A program made the translations under genes and the position numbers. Under the pieces are notes generated by a model that worked only from the letters and a program-made list of their open reading frames with translations, made no database searches and had not been told where the DNA came from. A DNA stretch of 64,000 nt, taken from assembly GCA_964016885.1 (NCBI GenBank), contig CAXHJY010001551.1:124001-188000 (forward strand), given 5' to 3'. Of the stretch, positions 39,101 to 51,900 are shown piece by piece. Origin of the DNA: Eledone cirrhosa. Its lineage: Eukaryota. How positions within the stretch are numbered: position 1 is the stretch's first letter; the number at the start of each line of letters is the position of its first letter.

Positions 39101-41560
39101 CCTAAGCTAAGCTAAGCTAAGCTATCCTAAGCTAAGCTATCCTAAGCTAAGCTAAGCTAAGCTATCCTAAGCTAAGCTAAGCTAAGCTATCCTAAGCTAA
39201 GCTAAGCTATCCTAAGCTAAGCTAAGCTAAGCTATCCTAAGCTAAGCTAAGCTAAGCTATCCTAAGCTAAGCTAAGCTAAGCTATCCTAAGCTAAGCTAA
39301 GCTAAGCTATCCTAAGCTAAGCTAAGCTAAACTATCCTAAGCTAAGCTAAGCTATCCTAAGCTAAGCTAAGCTAAGCTATCCTAAGCTAAGCTAAGCTAA
39401 GCTAAGCTTTCCTAAGCTATCCTAAGCTAAGCTATCCTAAGCTAAGCTAAGCTAAGCTATCCTAAGCTAAGCTAAGCTATCCTAAGCTAAGCTAAGCTAT
39501 CCTAAGCTAAGCTATCCTAAGCTATCCTAAGCTAAGCTATCCTAAGCTATCCTAAGCTAAGCTATCCTAAGCTAAGCTATCCTAAGCTAAGCTATTCTAA
39601 GCTAAGCTAAGCTAAGCTATCCTAAGCTAAGCTAAGCTAAGCTATCCTAAGCTAAGCTAAGCTAAGCTATCCTAAGCTAAGCTAAGCTAAGCTATCCTAA
39701 GCTAAGCTAAGCTAAGCTATCCTAAGCTAAGCTAAGCTAAGCTATCCTAAGCTAAGCTAAGCTATCCTAAGCTAAGCTAAGCTAAGCTATCCTAAGCTAA
39801 GCTAAGCTAAGCTATCCTAAGCTATCCTAAGCTAAGCTATCCTAAGCTAAGCTATCCTAAGCTATCCCAAGCTAAGCTATCCTAAGCTAAGCTAAGCTAA
39901 GCTATCCTAAGCTAACCTATCCTAAGCTAAGCTATCCTAAGCTATCCTAAGCTAAGCTATCCTAATCTATCCTAAGCTAAGCTATCCTAAGCTATCCTAA
40001 GCTAAGCTATCCTAAGCTATCCTAAGCTAAGCTAAGCTAAGCTATCCTAAGCTATCCTAAGCTAAGCTATCCTAAGCTAAGCTATCCTAAGCTAAGCTAT
40101 CCTAAGCTATCCTAAGCTAAGCTATCCTAAGCTATCCTAAGCTAAGCTATCCTAAGCTATCCTAAGCTAAGCTAAGCTAAGCTATCCTAAGCTAAGCTAA
40201 GCTAAGCTCTCCTAAGCTAAGCTAAGCTAAGCTATCCTAAGCTAAGCTAAGCTTTCCTAAGCTAAGCTAAGCTAAGCTATCCTAAGCTAAGCTAATCTAT
40301 CCTAAGCTAAGCTAAGCTAAGCTATCCTAAGCTAAGCTAAGCTAAGCTATCCTAAGCTAAGCTAAGCTAAGCTATCCTAAGCTAAGCTAAGCTAAGCTAT
40401 CCTAAGCTAAGCTAAGCTAAGCTATCCTAAGCTAAGCTAAGCTAAGCTATCCTAAGCTAAGCTAAGCTAAGCTATGCTAAGCTAAGCTAAGCTATCCTAA
40501 GCTAAGCTAAGCTAAGCTATCCTAAGCTAAGCTAAGCTAAGCTATCCTAAGCTAAGCTAAGCTAAGCTATCCTAAGCTATCCTAAGCTATACTAAGCTAA
40601 GCTAAGCTATCCTAAGCTAAGCTAAGCTAAGCTATCCTAAGCTAAGCCAAGCTAAGCTATCCTAAGCTAAGCTAAGCTATCCTAAGCTAAGCTAAGCTAA
40701 GCTATCCTAAGCTAAGCTAAGCTAAGCTATCCTAAGCTATCCTAAGCTAAGCTATCCTAAGCTAAGCTAAGCTAAGCTATCCTAAGCTAAGCTAAGCTAA
40801 GCTATCCTAAGCTAAGCTAAACTAAGCTATCCTAAGCTAAGCTAAGCTAAGCTATCCTAAGCTAAGCTATCCTAAGCTATCCTAAGCTAAGCTAAGCTAA
40901 GCTAACCTAAGCTAAGCTATCCTAAGCTAAGCTATCCTAAGCTAAGCTATCCTAAGCTAAGCTAAGCTATCCTAAGCTAAGCTAAGCTAAGCTATCCTAA
41001 GCTAAGCTAAGCTATCCTAAGCTAAGCTAAGCTAAGCTGTCCTAAGCTAAGCTAAGCTAAGCTATCCTAAGCTAAGCTAAGCTAAGCTATCCTAAGCTAA
41101 GCTAAGCTATCCTAAGCTAAGCTAAGCTAAGCTATCCTAAGCTAAGCTAAGCTAAGCTATCCTAAGCTATCCTAAGCTATCCTAAGCTAAGCTATCCTAA
41201 GCTATCCTAAGCTAAGCTATCCTAAGCTATCCTAAGCTAAGCTAAGCTAAGCTATCCTAAGCTAAGCTAAGCTAAGCTATCCTAAGCTAAGCTAATCTAA
41301 GCTATCCTAAGCTAAGCTAAGCTAAGCTATCCTAAGCTATCCTAAGCTAAGCTATCCTAAGCTAAGCTATCCTAAGCTATCCTAAGCTAAGCTATCCTAA
41401 GCTATCCTAAGCTAAGCTATCCTAAGCTAAGCTATCCTAAGCTATCCTAAGCTAAGCTATCCTAAGCTATCCTAAGCTAAGCTATCCTAAGCTTAGCTAA
41501 GCTAAGCTAAGCTAACCTAAGCTAAGCTATCCTAAGCTAAGCTAAGCTAAGCTATCCTAA
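29330..41560 (+). repeat. Copy 2 of ~12.2 kb segmental duplication (block Y; partner ~8930-21190)
   Basis: Same ordered markers as copy 1. Carries a 45-bp deletion near 35020 (CATAA-to-GTTAT spacing 20 vs 65 bp) and lacks the 1-bp deletion at 15946. Confidence 0.92.
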
Positions 41561-44510
41561 GCTAAGCTAAGCTATCCTAAGCTATCCTAAGCTAAGCTAT
41601 CCTAAGCTAAGCTATCCTAAGCTAAGCTATCCTAAGCTATCCTAAGCTAAGCTATCCTAAGCTAAGCTCTCCTAAGGTAAGCTATCCTAAGCTATCCTAA
41701 GCTAAGCTATCCTAAGCTATCCTAAGCTAAGCTAAGCTAAGCTAAGCTCTCCTAAGCTAAGCTAAGCTAAGCTATCCTAAGCTAAGCTAAGCTAAGCTAA
41801 GCTAAGCTATCCTAAGCTAAGCTAAGCTAAGCTACCTAAGCTAAGCTAAGCTAAGCTATTCTAAGCTAAGCTAAGCTAAGCTATCCTAAGCTAAGCTAAG
41901 CTAAGCTCTCCTAAGCTAAGCTAAGCTAAGCTATCCTAAGCTAAGCTAAGCTTTCCTAAGCTAAGCTAAGCTAAGCTATCCTAAGCTAAGCTAATCTATC
42001 CTAAGCTAAGCTAAGCTAAGCTATCCTAAGCTAAGCTAAGCTAAGCTATCCTAAGCTAAGCTAAGCTAAGCTATCCTAAGATAAGCTAAGCTAAGCTATC
42101 CTAAGCTAAGCTAAGCTAAGCTATCCTAAGCTAAGCTAAGCTATCCTAAGCTAAGCTAAGCTAAGCTATCCTAAGCTAAGCTAAGCTATCCTAAGCTAAG
42201 CTAAGCTAAGCTATCCTAAGCTAAGCTAAGCTAAGCTATCCTAAGCTATCCTAAGCTAAGCTATCCTAAGCTAAGCTATCCTAAGCTATCCTAAGCTAAG
42301 CTATCCTAAGCTAAGCTAAGCTAAGCTATCCTAAGCTAAGCTAAGCAATCCTAAGCTAAGCTAAGCTAAGCTATCCTAAGCTAAGCTAAGCTAAGCTATC
42401 CTAAGCTAAGCTAAGCTAAGCTATCCTAAGCTAAGCTAAGCTAAGCTATCCTAAGCTAAGCTAAGCTAAGCTATCCTAAGCTAAGCTAAGCTAAGCTATC
42501 CTAAGCTATCCTAAGCTATCCTAAGCTAAGCTAAGCTAAGCTATCCTAAGCTAAGCTAAGCTAAGCTATCCTAAGCTAAGCTAAGCTAAGCTATCCTAAG
42601 CTATGCTAAGCTATCCTAAGCTAAGCTAAGCTAAGCTATCCTAAGCTAAGCTAAGCTAAGCTATCCTAAGCTATCCTAAGCTAAGCTATCCTAAGCTAAG
42701 CTAAGCTAAGCTATCCTAAGCTAAGCTAAGCTAAGCTATCCTAAGCTAAGCTAAGCTAAGCTATCCTAAGCTAAGCTAAGCTAAGCTATCCTAAGCTAAG
42801 CTATCCTAAGCTATCCTAAGCTAAGCTAAGCTAAGCTAACCTAAGCTAAGCTATCCTAAGCTAAGCTATCCTAAGCTAAGCTATCCTAAGCTAAGCTAAG
42901 CTAAGCTATCCTAAGCTAAGCTAAGCTAAGCTATCCTAAGCTAAGCTAAGCTATCCTAAGCTAAGCTAAGCTAAGCTGTCCTAAGCTAAGCTAAGCTAAG
43001 CTATCCTAAGCTAAGCTAAGCTAAGCTATCCTAAGCTAAGCTAAGCTATCCTAAGCTAAGCTAAGCTAAGCTATCCTAAGCTAAGCTAAGCTAAGCTATC
43101 CTAAGCTAAGCTAAGCTAAGCTATCCTAAGCTATCCTAAGCTATCCTAAGCTAAGCTATCCTAAGCTATCCTAAGCTAAGCTATCCTAAGCTATCCTAAG
43201 CTAAGCTAAGCTAAGCTATCCTAAGCTAAGCTAAGCTAAGCTATCCTAAGCTAAGCTAAGCTAAGCTATCCTAAGCTAAGCTAAGCTAAGCTACCCTAAG
43301 CTATCCTAAGCTAAGCTATCCTAAGCTAAGCTATCCTAAGCTATCCTAAGCTAAGCTATCCTAAGCTATCCTAAGCTAAGCTATCCTAAGCTAAGCTATC
43401 CTAAGCTATCCTAAGCTAAGCTATCCTAAGCTATCCTAAGCTAAGCTATCCTAAGCTAAGCTAAGCTAAGCTAAGCTAACCTAAGCTAAGCTATCCTAAG
43501 CTAAGCTAAGCTAAGCTATCCTAAGCTAAGCTAAGCTAAGCTATCCTAAGCTATCCTAAGCTAAGCTATCCTAAGCTAAGCTCTCCTAAGGTAAGCTATC
43601 CTAAGCTATCCTAAGCTAAGCTATCCTAAGCTATCCTAAGCTAAGCTAAGCTAAGCTCTCCTAAGCTAAGCTAAGCTAAGCTATCCTAAGCTAAGCTAAG
43701 CTAAGCTAAGCTATCCTAAGCTAAGCTAAGCTAAGCTACCTAAGCTAAGCTAAGCTAAGCTATCCTAAGCTAAGCTAAGCTAAGCTATCCTAAGCTAAGC
43801 TAAGCTAAGCTCTCCTAAGCTAAGCTAAACTAAGCTATCCTAAGCTAAGCTAAGCTTTCCTAAGCTAAGCTAAGCTAAGCTATCCTAAGCTAAGCTAATC
43901 TATCCTAAGCTAAGCTAAGCTAAGCTATCCTAAGCTAAGCTAAGCTAAGCTATCCTAAGCTAAGCTAAGCTAAGCTATCCTAAGCTAAGCTAAGCTAAGC
44001 TATCCTAAGCTAAGCTAAGCTATCCTAAGCTAAGCTAAGCTAAGCTATCCTAAGCTAAGCTAAGCTATCCTAAGCTAAGCTAAGCTAAGCTATCCTAAGC
44101 TATCCTAAGCTATCCTAAGCTAAGCTAAGCTAAGCTATCCTAAGCTAAGCTAAGCTAAGCTATCCTAAGCTAAGCTAAGCTAAGCTATCCTAAGCTAAGC
44201 TAAGCTAAGCTATCCTAAGCTAAGCTAAGCTAAGCAATCCTAAGCTATCCTAAGCTAAGCTATCCTAAGCTAAGCTAAGCTAAGCTATCCTAAGCTAAAC
44301 TAAGCTAAGCTAACCTAAGCTAAGCTAAGCTAAGCTATCCTAAGCTATCCTAAGCTAAGCTATCCTAAGCTAAGCTAAGCTAAGCTATCCTAAGCTAAAC
44401 TAAGCTAAGCTAACCTAAGCTAAGCTAAGCTAAGCTATCCTAAGCTAAGCTATCCTAAGCTATCCTAAGCTAAGCTAAGCTAAGCTAACCTAAGCTAAGC
44501 TATCCTAAGC
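41140..44510 (+). repeat. Second copy of block X (~5660-8940), offset ~35.47 kb
   Basis: AATCT 5820/41296, AAGGT 6200/41676, 1-bp deletions 6358/41834 and 8267/43738, TACCC 7821/43292. Confidence 0.92.
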
Positions 44511-47500
44511 TAAGCTATCCTAAGCTAAGCTATCCTAAGCTAAGCTAAGCTAAGCTATCCTAAGCTAAGCTAAGCTATCCTAAGCTAAGCTAAGCTAAGC
44601 TATCCTAAGCTAAGCTAAGCTAAGCTATCCTAAGCTATCCTAAGCTAAGCTATCCTAAGCTAAGCTATCCTAAGCTATCCCAAGCTAAGCTATCCTAAGC
44701 TAAGCTAAGCTAAGCTATCCTAAGCTAACCTATCCTAAGCTAAGCTATCCTAAGCTATCCTAAGCTAAGCTATCCTAATCTATCCTAAGCTAAGCTATCC
44801 TAAGCTATCCTAAGCTAAGCTATCCTAAGCTATCCTAAGCTAAGCTAAGCTAAGCTATCCTAAGCTATCCTAAGCTAAGCTATCCTAAGCTAAGCTATCC
44901 TAAGCTAAGCTATCCTAAGCTATCCTAAGCTAAGCTATCCTAAGCTATCCTAAGCTAAGCTATCCTAAGCTATCCTAAGCTAAGCTAAGCTAAGCTATCC
45001 TAAGCTAAGCTAAGCTAAGCTCTCCTAAGCTAAGCTAAGCTAAGCTATCCTAAGATAAGCTAAGCTTTCCTAAGCTAAGCTAAGCTAAGCTATCCTAAGC
45101 TAAGCTAATCTATCCTAAGCTAAGCTAAGCTAAGCTATCCTAAGCTAAGCTAAGCTAAGCTATCCTAAGCTAAGCTAAGCTAAGCTATCCTAAGCTAAGC
45201 TAAGCTAAGCTATCCTAAGCTAAGCTAAGCTAAGCTATCCTAAGCTAAGCTAAGCTAAGCTATCCTAAGCTAAGCTAAGCTAAGCTATCCTAAGCTAAGC
45301 TAAGCTATCCTAAGCTAAGCTAAGCTAAGCTATCCTAAGCTAAGCTAAGCTAAGCTATCCTAAGCTAAGCTAAGCTAAGCTATCCTAAGCTATCCTAAGC
45401 TATCCTAAGCTAAGCTAAGCTAAGCTATCCTAAGCTAAGCTAAGCTAAGCTATCCTAAGCTAAGCCAAGCTAAGCTATCCTAAGCTAAGCTAAGCTATCC
45501 TAAGCTAAGCTAAGCTAAGCTATCCTAAGCTAAGCTAAGCTAAGCTATCCTAAGCTAAGCTAAGCTCTCCTAAGCTAAGCTAAGCTATCCTAAGCTAAGC
45601 TAAGCTAAGCTAAGCTATCCTAAGCTAAGCTAAGCTAAGCTATCCTAATCTAAGCTAAGCTATCCTAAGCTAAGCTAAGCTATCCTAAGCTAACCTAAGC
45701 TATCCTAAGCTAAGCTAAGCTATCCTAAGCTAAGCTAAGTTAAGCTATCCTATGCTAAGCTAAGTTAAGCTATCCTAAGCTAAGCTAAGCTAAGCTATCC
45801 TAAGCTAAGCTAAGTTAAGCTATCCTAAGCTAAGCTAAGCTATCCTAAGCTAAGCTAAGCTAAGCTATCCTAAGCTAAGCTAAGCTAAGCTATCCTAAGC
45901 TAAGCTAAGCTATCCTAAGCTAAGCTAAGCTATCCTAAGCTAAGCTAAGCTATCCTAAGCTAAGCTAAGCTATCCTAAGCTAAGCTAAGCTAAGCTATCC
46001 TAAGCTAAGCTAAGTTAAGCTATCCTAAGCTAAGCTAAGCTAAGCTATCCTAAGCTAAGCTAAGCTAAGCTATCCTAAGCTAAGCTAAGCTATCCTAAGC
46101 TAAGCTAAGCTAAGCTATCCTAAGCTAAGCTAAGCTAAGCTATCCTAAGCTAAGCTAAGCTATCCTAAGCTAAGCTATCCTAAGCTAAGCTAAGCTAAGC
46201 TATCCTAAGCTAAGCTAAGCTAAGCTATCCTAAGCTAAGCTAAGGTATCCTAAGCTAAGCTAAGCTAAGCTATCCGAAGCTAAGCTATCCTAAGCTAAGC
46301 TAAGCTATCCTAAGCTAAGCTAAGCTATCCTAAGCTAAGCTAAGCTATCCTAAGCTAAGCTAAGCTATCCTAAGCTAAGCTAAGCTATCCTAAGCTAAGC
46401 TAAGCTAAGCTATCCTAAGCTAAGCTAAGGTATCCTCAGCTAAGCTAAGCTAAGCTATCCTAAGCTAAGCTAAGCTAAGCTATCCTAAGCTAAGCTAAGC
46501 TATCCTAAGCTAAGCTAAGCTATCCTAAGCTAAGCTAAGCTAAGCTATCCTAAGCTAAGCTAAGTTAAGCTATCCTAAGCTAAGCTAAGCTATCCTAAGC
46601 TAAGCTAAGCTAAGCTATCCTAAGCTAAGCTAAGCTATCCTAAGCTAAGCTAAGCTAAGCTAACCTAAGCTAAGCTAAGCAAGCTATCCTAAGCTAAGCT
46701 AAGCTATCCTAAGCTAAGCTAAGCTATCCTAAGCTAAGCTAAGCTATCCTAAACTAAGCTAAGCTAAGCTATCCTAAGCTAAGCTAAGTTAAGCTATCCT
46801 AAGCTAAGTTAAGCTATCCTAAGCTAAGCTAAGCTAAGCTATCCTAAGCTAAGCTAAGCTAAGCTATCCTAAGCTAAGCTAAGCTAAGCTATCCTAAGCT
46901 AAGCTAAGCTATCCTAAGCTAAGCTAAGCTAAGCTACCTAAGCTAAGCTAAGCTAAGCTATCCTAAGCTAAGCTAAGATAAGCTATCCTAAGCTAAGCTA
47001 AGCTATCCTAAGCTAAGCTAAGCTAAGCTATCCTAAGCTAAGCTAAGATAAGCTATCCTAAGCTAAGCTAAGCTATCCTAAGCTAAGCTAAGCTAAGCTA
47101 TCCTAAGCTAAGCTAAGCTATCCTAAGCTAAGCTAAGCTATCTTAAGCTAAGCTAAGCTAAGCTATCCTAAGCTAAGCTAAGCTAAGCTATCCTAAGCTA
47201 AGCTAAGCTATCCTAAGCTAAGCTAAGCTAAGCTATCCTAAGCTAAGCTAAGCTAAGCTATCCTAAGCTAAGCTAAGCTATCCTAAGCTAAGTTAAGCTA
47301 TCCTAAGCTAAGCTAAGCTATCCTAAGCTAATCTAAGCTAAGCTATCCTAAGCTAAGCTAAGCTAAGCTATCCTAAGCTAAGCTAAGCTAAGCTATCCTA
47401 AGCTAAGCTAAGTTAAGCTATCCTAAGCTAAGCTAAGCTAAGCTATCCTAAGCTAAGCTAAGCTATCCTAAGCTAAGCTAAGCTAAGCTATCCTAAGCTA

Positions 47501-48999
47501 AGCTAAGCTAAGCTATCCTAAGCTAAGCTAAGCTAAGCTATCCTAAGCTAAGCTAAGCTATCCTAAGCTAAGCTAAGCTAAGCTATCCTAAGCTAAGCTA
47601 AGATAAGCTATCCTAAGCTAAGCTAAGCTATCCTAAGCTAAGCTAAGCTAAGCTATCCTAAGCTAAGCTAAGCTATCCTAAGCTAAGCTAAGCTATCTTA
47701 AGCTAAGCTAAGCTAAGCTATCCTAAGCTAAGCTAAGCTAAGCTATCCTAAGCTAAGCTAAGCTAAGCTATCCTAAGCTAAGCTAAGCTAAGCTAAGCTA
47801 AGTTAAGCTATCCTAAGCTAAGCTAAGCTATCCTAAGCTAATCTAAGCTAAGCTATCCTAAGCTAAGCTAAGCTAAGCTAAGCTATCCTAAGCTAAGCTA
47901 AGCTATCCTAAGCTAAGCTAAGCTATCCTAAGCTAAGCTAAGCTAAGCTATCCTAAGCTAAGCTAAACTAAGCTATCCTAAGCTAAGCTATCCTAAGCTA
48001 AGCTAAGCTAAGCTATCCTAAGCTAAGCTAAGCTAAGCTATCCTAAGCTAAGCTAAGCTATCCTAAGCTAAGCTAAGCTATCCTAAGCTAAGCTAAGCTA
48101 TCCTAAGCTAAGCTACGTTAAGCTATCCTAAGCTAAGCTAAGCTAAGCTATCCTAAGCTAAGCTAAGCTATCCTAAGCTAAGCTAAGCTATCCTAAGCTA
48201 AGCTAAACTAAGCTATGCTAAGCTGAGCTAAGTTAAGCTATCCTAAGCTAAGCTAAGCTAAGCTAACCTAAGCTAAGCTAAGCTATCCTAAGCTAAGCTA
48301 AGCTATCCTAAGCTAAGCTAAGCTAAGCTATCCTAAGCTAAGCTAAGCTAAGCTATCCTAAGCTAAGCTAAGCTAAGCTATCCTAAGCTAAGCTCAGCTA
48401 TCCTAAGCTAAGCTAAGCTTAGCTATCCTAAGCTAAGCTATACTAAGCTATCCTAAGCTAAGCTAAGCTAAGCTATCCTAAGCTAAGCTAAGCTAAGCTA
48501 TCCTAAGCTAAGCTAAGCTAAGCTATCCTAAGCTAAGCTAAGCTAAGCTATCCTAAACTAAGCTAAGCTAAGCTAGCCTAAGCTAAGCTAAGCTATCCTA
48601 AGCTAAGCTAAGCTAAGCTATCCTAAGCTAAGCTAAGCTAAGCTATCCTAAGCTAAGCTAAGCTAAGCTAACCTAATGTAAGCTAAGCTAAGCTATCCTA
48701 AGCTAAGCTAACTTAAGCTATCCTAAGCTAAGCTAAGCTAAGCTATCCTAAGCTAAGCTAAGCTAAGCTATCCTAAGCTAAGCTAAGCTATCCTAAACTA
48801 AGCTAAGCTAAGCTATCCTAAGCTAAGCTAAGTTAAGCTATCCTAAGCTAAGTTAAGCTATCCTAAGCTAAGCTAAGCTAAGCTATCCTAAGCTAAGCTA
48901 AGCTAAGCTATCCTAAGCTAAGCTAAGCTAAGCTATCCTAAGCTAAGCTAAGCTATCCTAAGCTAAGCTAAGCTAAGCTATCCTAAGCTAAGCTAAGCT

Positions 49000-51900
49000 A
49001 AGCTATCCTAAGCTAAGCTAAGCTAAGCTATCCTAAGCTAAGCTAAGCTAAGCTATCCTAAGCTAAGCTAAGCTATCCTAAGCTAAGCTAAGCTATCCTA
49101 AGCTAAGCTAAGCTAAGCTATCCTAAGCTAAGCTAAGCTAAGCTATCCTAAGCTAAGCTATCCCAAGCTAAGCTAAGCTATCCTAAGCTAAGCTAAGCTA
49201 AGCTATCCTAAGCTGAGCTAAGCTATCCTAAGCTAAGCTAAGCTAAGCTATCCTAAGCTAAGCTAAGCTAAGCTATCCTAAGCTAAGCTAAGCTATCCTA
49301 AGCTAAGCTAAGCTATCCTAAGCTAAGCTAAGCTATCCTAAGCTAAGCTAAGCTAAGCTATCCTAAGCTAAGCTAAGGTAAGCTATCCTAAGCTAAGCTA
49401 AGCTAAGCTATCCTAAGCTAAGCTAAGCTATCCTAAGCTAAGCTAAGCTAAGCTATCCTAAGCTAAGCTAAGCTAAGCTATCCTAAGCTAAGCTAAGCTA
49501 AGCTATCCTAAGCTAAGCTAAGCTAACCTAAGCTAAGCTAAGCTAAGCTATCCTAAGCTAAGCTAAGCTATCCTAAGCTAAGCTAAGCTAAGCTAAGCTA
49601 TCCTAAGCTAAGCTAAGCTATCCTAAGCTAAGCTAAGCTATCCTAAGCTAAGCTAAGCTATCCTAAGCTAAGCTAAGCTATCCTAAGCTAAGCTACGTTA
49701 AGCTATCCTAAGCTAAGCTAAGCTAAGCTATCCTAAGCTAAGCTAAGCTATCCTAAGCTAAGCTAAGCTAAGCTATCCTAAGCTAAGCTAAGTTAAGCTA
49801 TCCTAAGCTAAGCTAAGCTAAGCTAACCTAAGCTAAGCTAAGCTAAGCTATCCCAAGCTAAGCTAAGCTATCCTAAGCTAAGCTAAGCTAAGCTATCCTA
49901 AGCTAAGCTAAGCTAAGCTATCCTAAGCTAAGCTAAGCTAAGCTATCCTAAGCTAAGCTCAGCTATCCTAAGCTAAGCTAAGCTAAGCTAAGCTATCCTA
50001 AGCTAAGCTAAGCTATCCTAAGCTAAGCTAAGCTATCCTAAGCTAAGCTAAGTTAAGCTATCCTAAGCTAAGCTAAGCTAAGCTATCCTAAGCTAAGCTA
50101 AGCTAAGCTATCCTAAGCTAAGCTAAGCTATCCTAAGCTAAGCTAAGCTATCCTAAGCTAAGCTAAGCTAAGCTATCCTAGGCTAAGCTAAGTTAAGCTA
50201 TCCTAAGCTAAGTTAAGCTATCCTAAGCTAAGCTAAGCTAAGCTATCCTAAGCTAAGTTAAGCTATCCTAAGCTAAGCTTAGCTAAGCTATCCTAAGCTA
50301 AGCTAAGCTAAGCTATCCTAAGCTAAGCTAAGCTAAGCTATCCTAAGCTAAGCTAAGCTAAGCTATCCTAAGCTAAGCTAAGCTAAGCTATCCTAAGCTA
50401 AGCTAAGCTAAGCTATCCTAAGCTAAGCTAAGCTAAGCTATCCTAAGCTATCCTAAGCTATCCTAAGCTAAGCTAAGCTAAGCTATCCTAAGCTAAGCTA
50501 AGCTACGCTATCCTAAGCTAAGCTAAGCTAAGCTATCCTAAGCTAAGCTAAGCTATCCTAAGCTAAGCTAAGCTAAGCTATCCTAAGCTAAGCTAAGCTA
50601 AGCTATCCTAAGCTATCCTAAGCTAAGCTATCCTAAGCTAAGCTAAGCTAAGCTATCCTAAGCTAAGCTAAGCTAAGCTATCCTAAGCTAAGCTAAGCTA
50701 AGCTATCCTAAGCTAAGCTATCCTAAGCTATCCTAAGCTAAGCTAAGCTAAGCTAACCTAAGCTAAGCCATCCTAAGCTAAGCTATCCTAAGCTAAGCTA
50801 TCCTAAGCTAAGCTAAGCTAAGCTATCCTAAGCTAAGCTAAGCTAAGCTATCGTAAGCTAAGCTAAGCTATCCTAAGCTAAGCTAAGCTAAGCTGTCCTA
50901 AGCTAAGCTAAGCTAAGCTATCCTAAGCTAAGCTAAGCTAAGCTATCCTAAGCTAAGCTAAGCTAAGCTATCCTAAGCTATCCTAAGCTATCCTAAGCTA
51001 AGCTATCCTAAGCTATCCTAAGCTAAGCTATCCTAAGCTATCCTAAGCTAAGCTAAGCTAAGCTATCCTAAGCTAAGCTAAGCTATCCTAAGCTAAGCTA
51101 AGCTAAGCTATCCTAAGCTAAGCTAAGCTAAGCTATCCTAAGCTATCCTAAGCTAAGCTATCCTAAGCTAAGCTAAGCTAAGCTATCCTAAGCTAAGCTA
51201 TCCTAAGCTAAGCTATCCTAAGCTATCATAAGCTAAGCTATCCTAAGCTATCCTAAGCTAAGCTATCCTAAGCTATCCTAAGCTAAGCTATCCTAAGCTA
51301 TCCTAAGCTAAGCTAAGCTAAGCTATCCTAAGCTAAGCTAAGCTAAGCTAAGCTATCCTAAGCTAAGCTAAGCTAAGCTATCCTAAGCTAATCTAAGCTA
51401 AGCTATCCTAAGCTATCCTAAGCTAAGCTATCCTAAGCTAAGCTATCCTAAGCTATCCTAAGCTAAGCTATCCTAAGCTATCCTAAGCTAAGCTATCCTA
51501 AGCTAAGCTATCCTAAGCTAAGCTATCCTAAGCTATCCTAAGCTAAGCTATCCTAAGCTATCCTAAGCTAAGCTAAGCTAAGCTATCCTAAGCTAAGCTA
51601 AGCTAAGCTATCCTAAGCTAAGCTAAGCTAAGCTTTCCTAAGCTATCCTAAGCTAAGCTATCCTAAGCTAAGCTATCCTAAGCTATCCTAAGCTAAGCTA
51701 TCCTAAGCTATCCTAAGCTAAGCTATCCTAAGCTATCCTAAGCTAAGCTATCCTAACCTAAGCTATCCTAAGCTATCCTAAGCTAAGCTATCCTAAGCTA
51801 TCCTAAGCTAAGCTATCCTAAGCTATCCTAAGCTAAGCTAAGCTAAGCTATCCTAAACTAAGCTAAGCTATCCTAAGCTAAGCTAAGCTAAGCTATCCTA

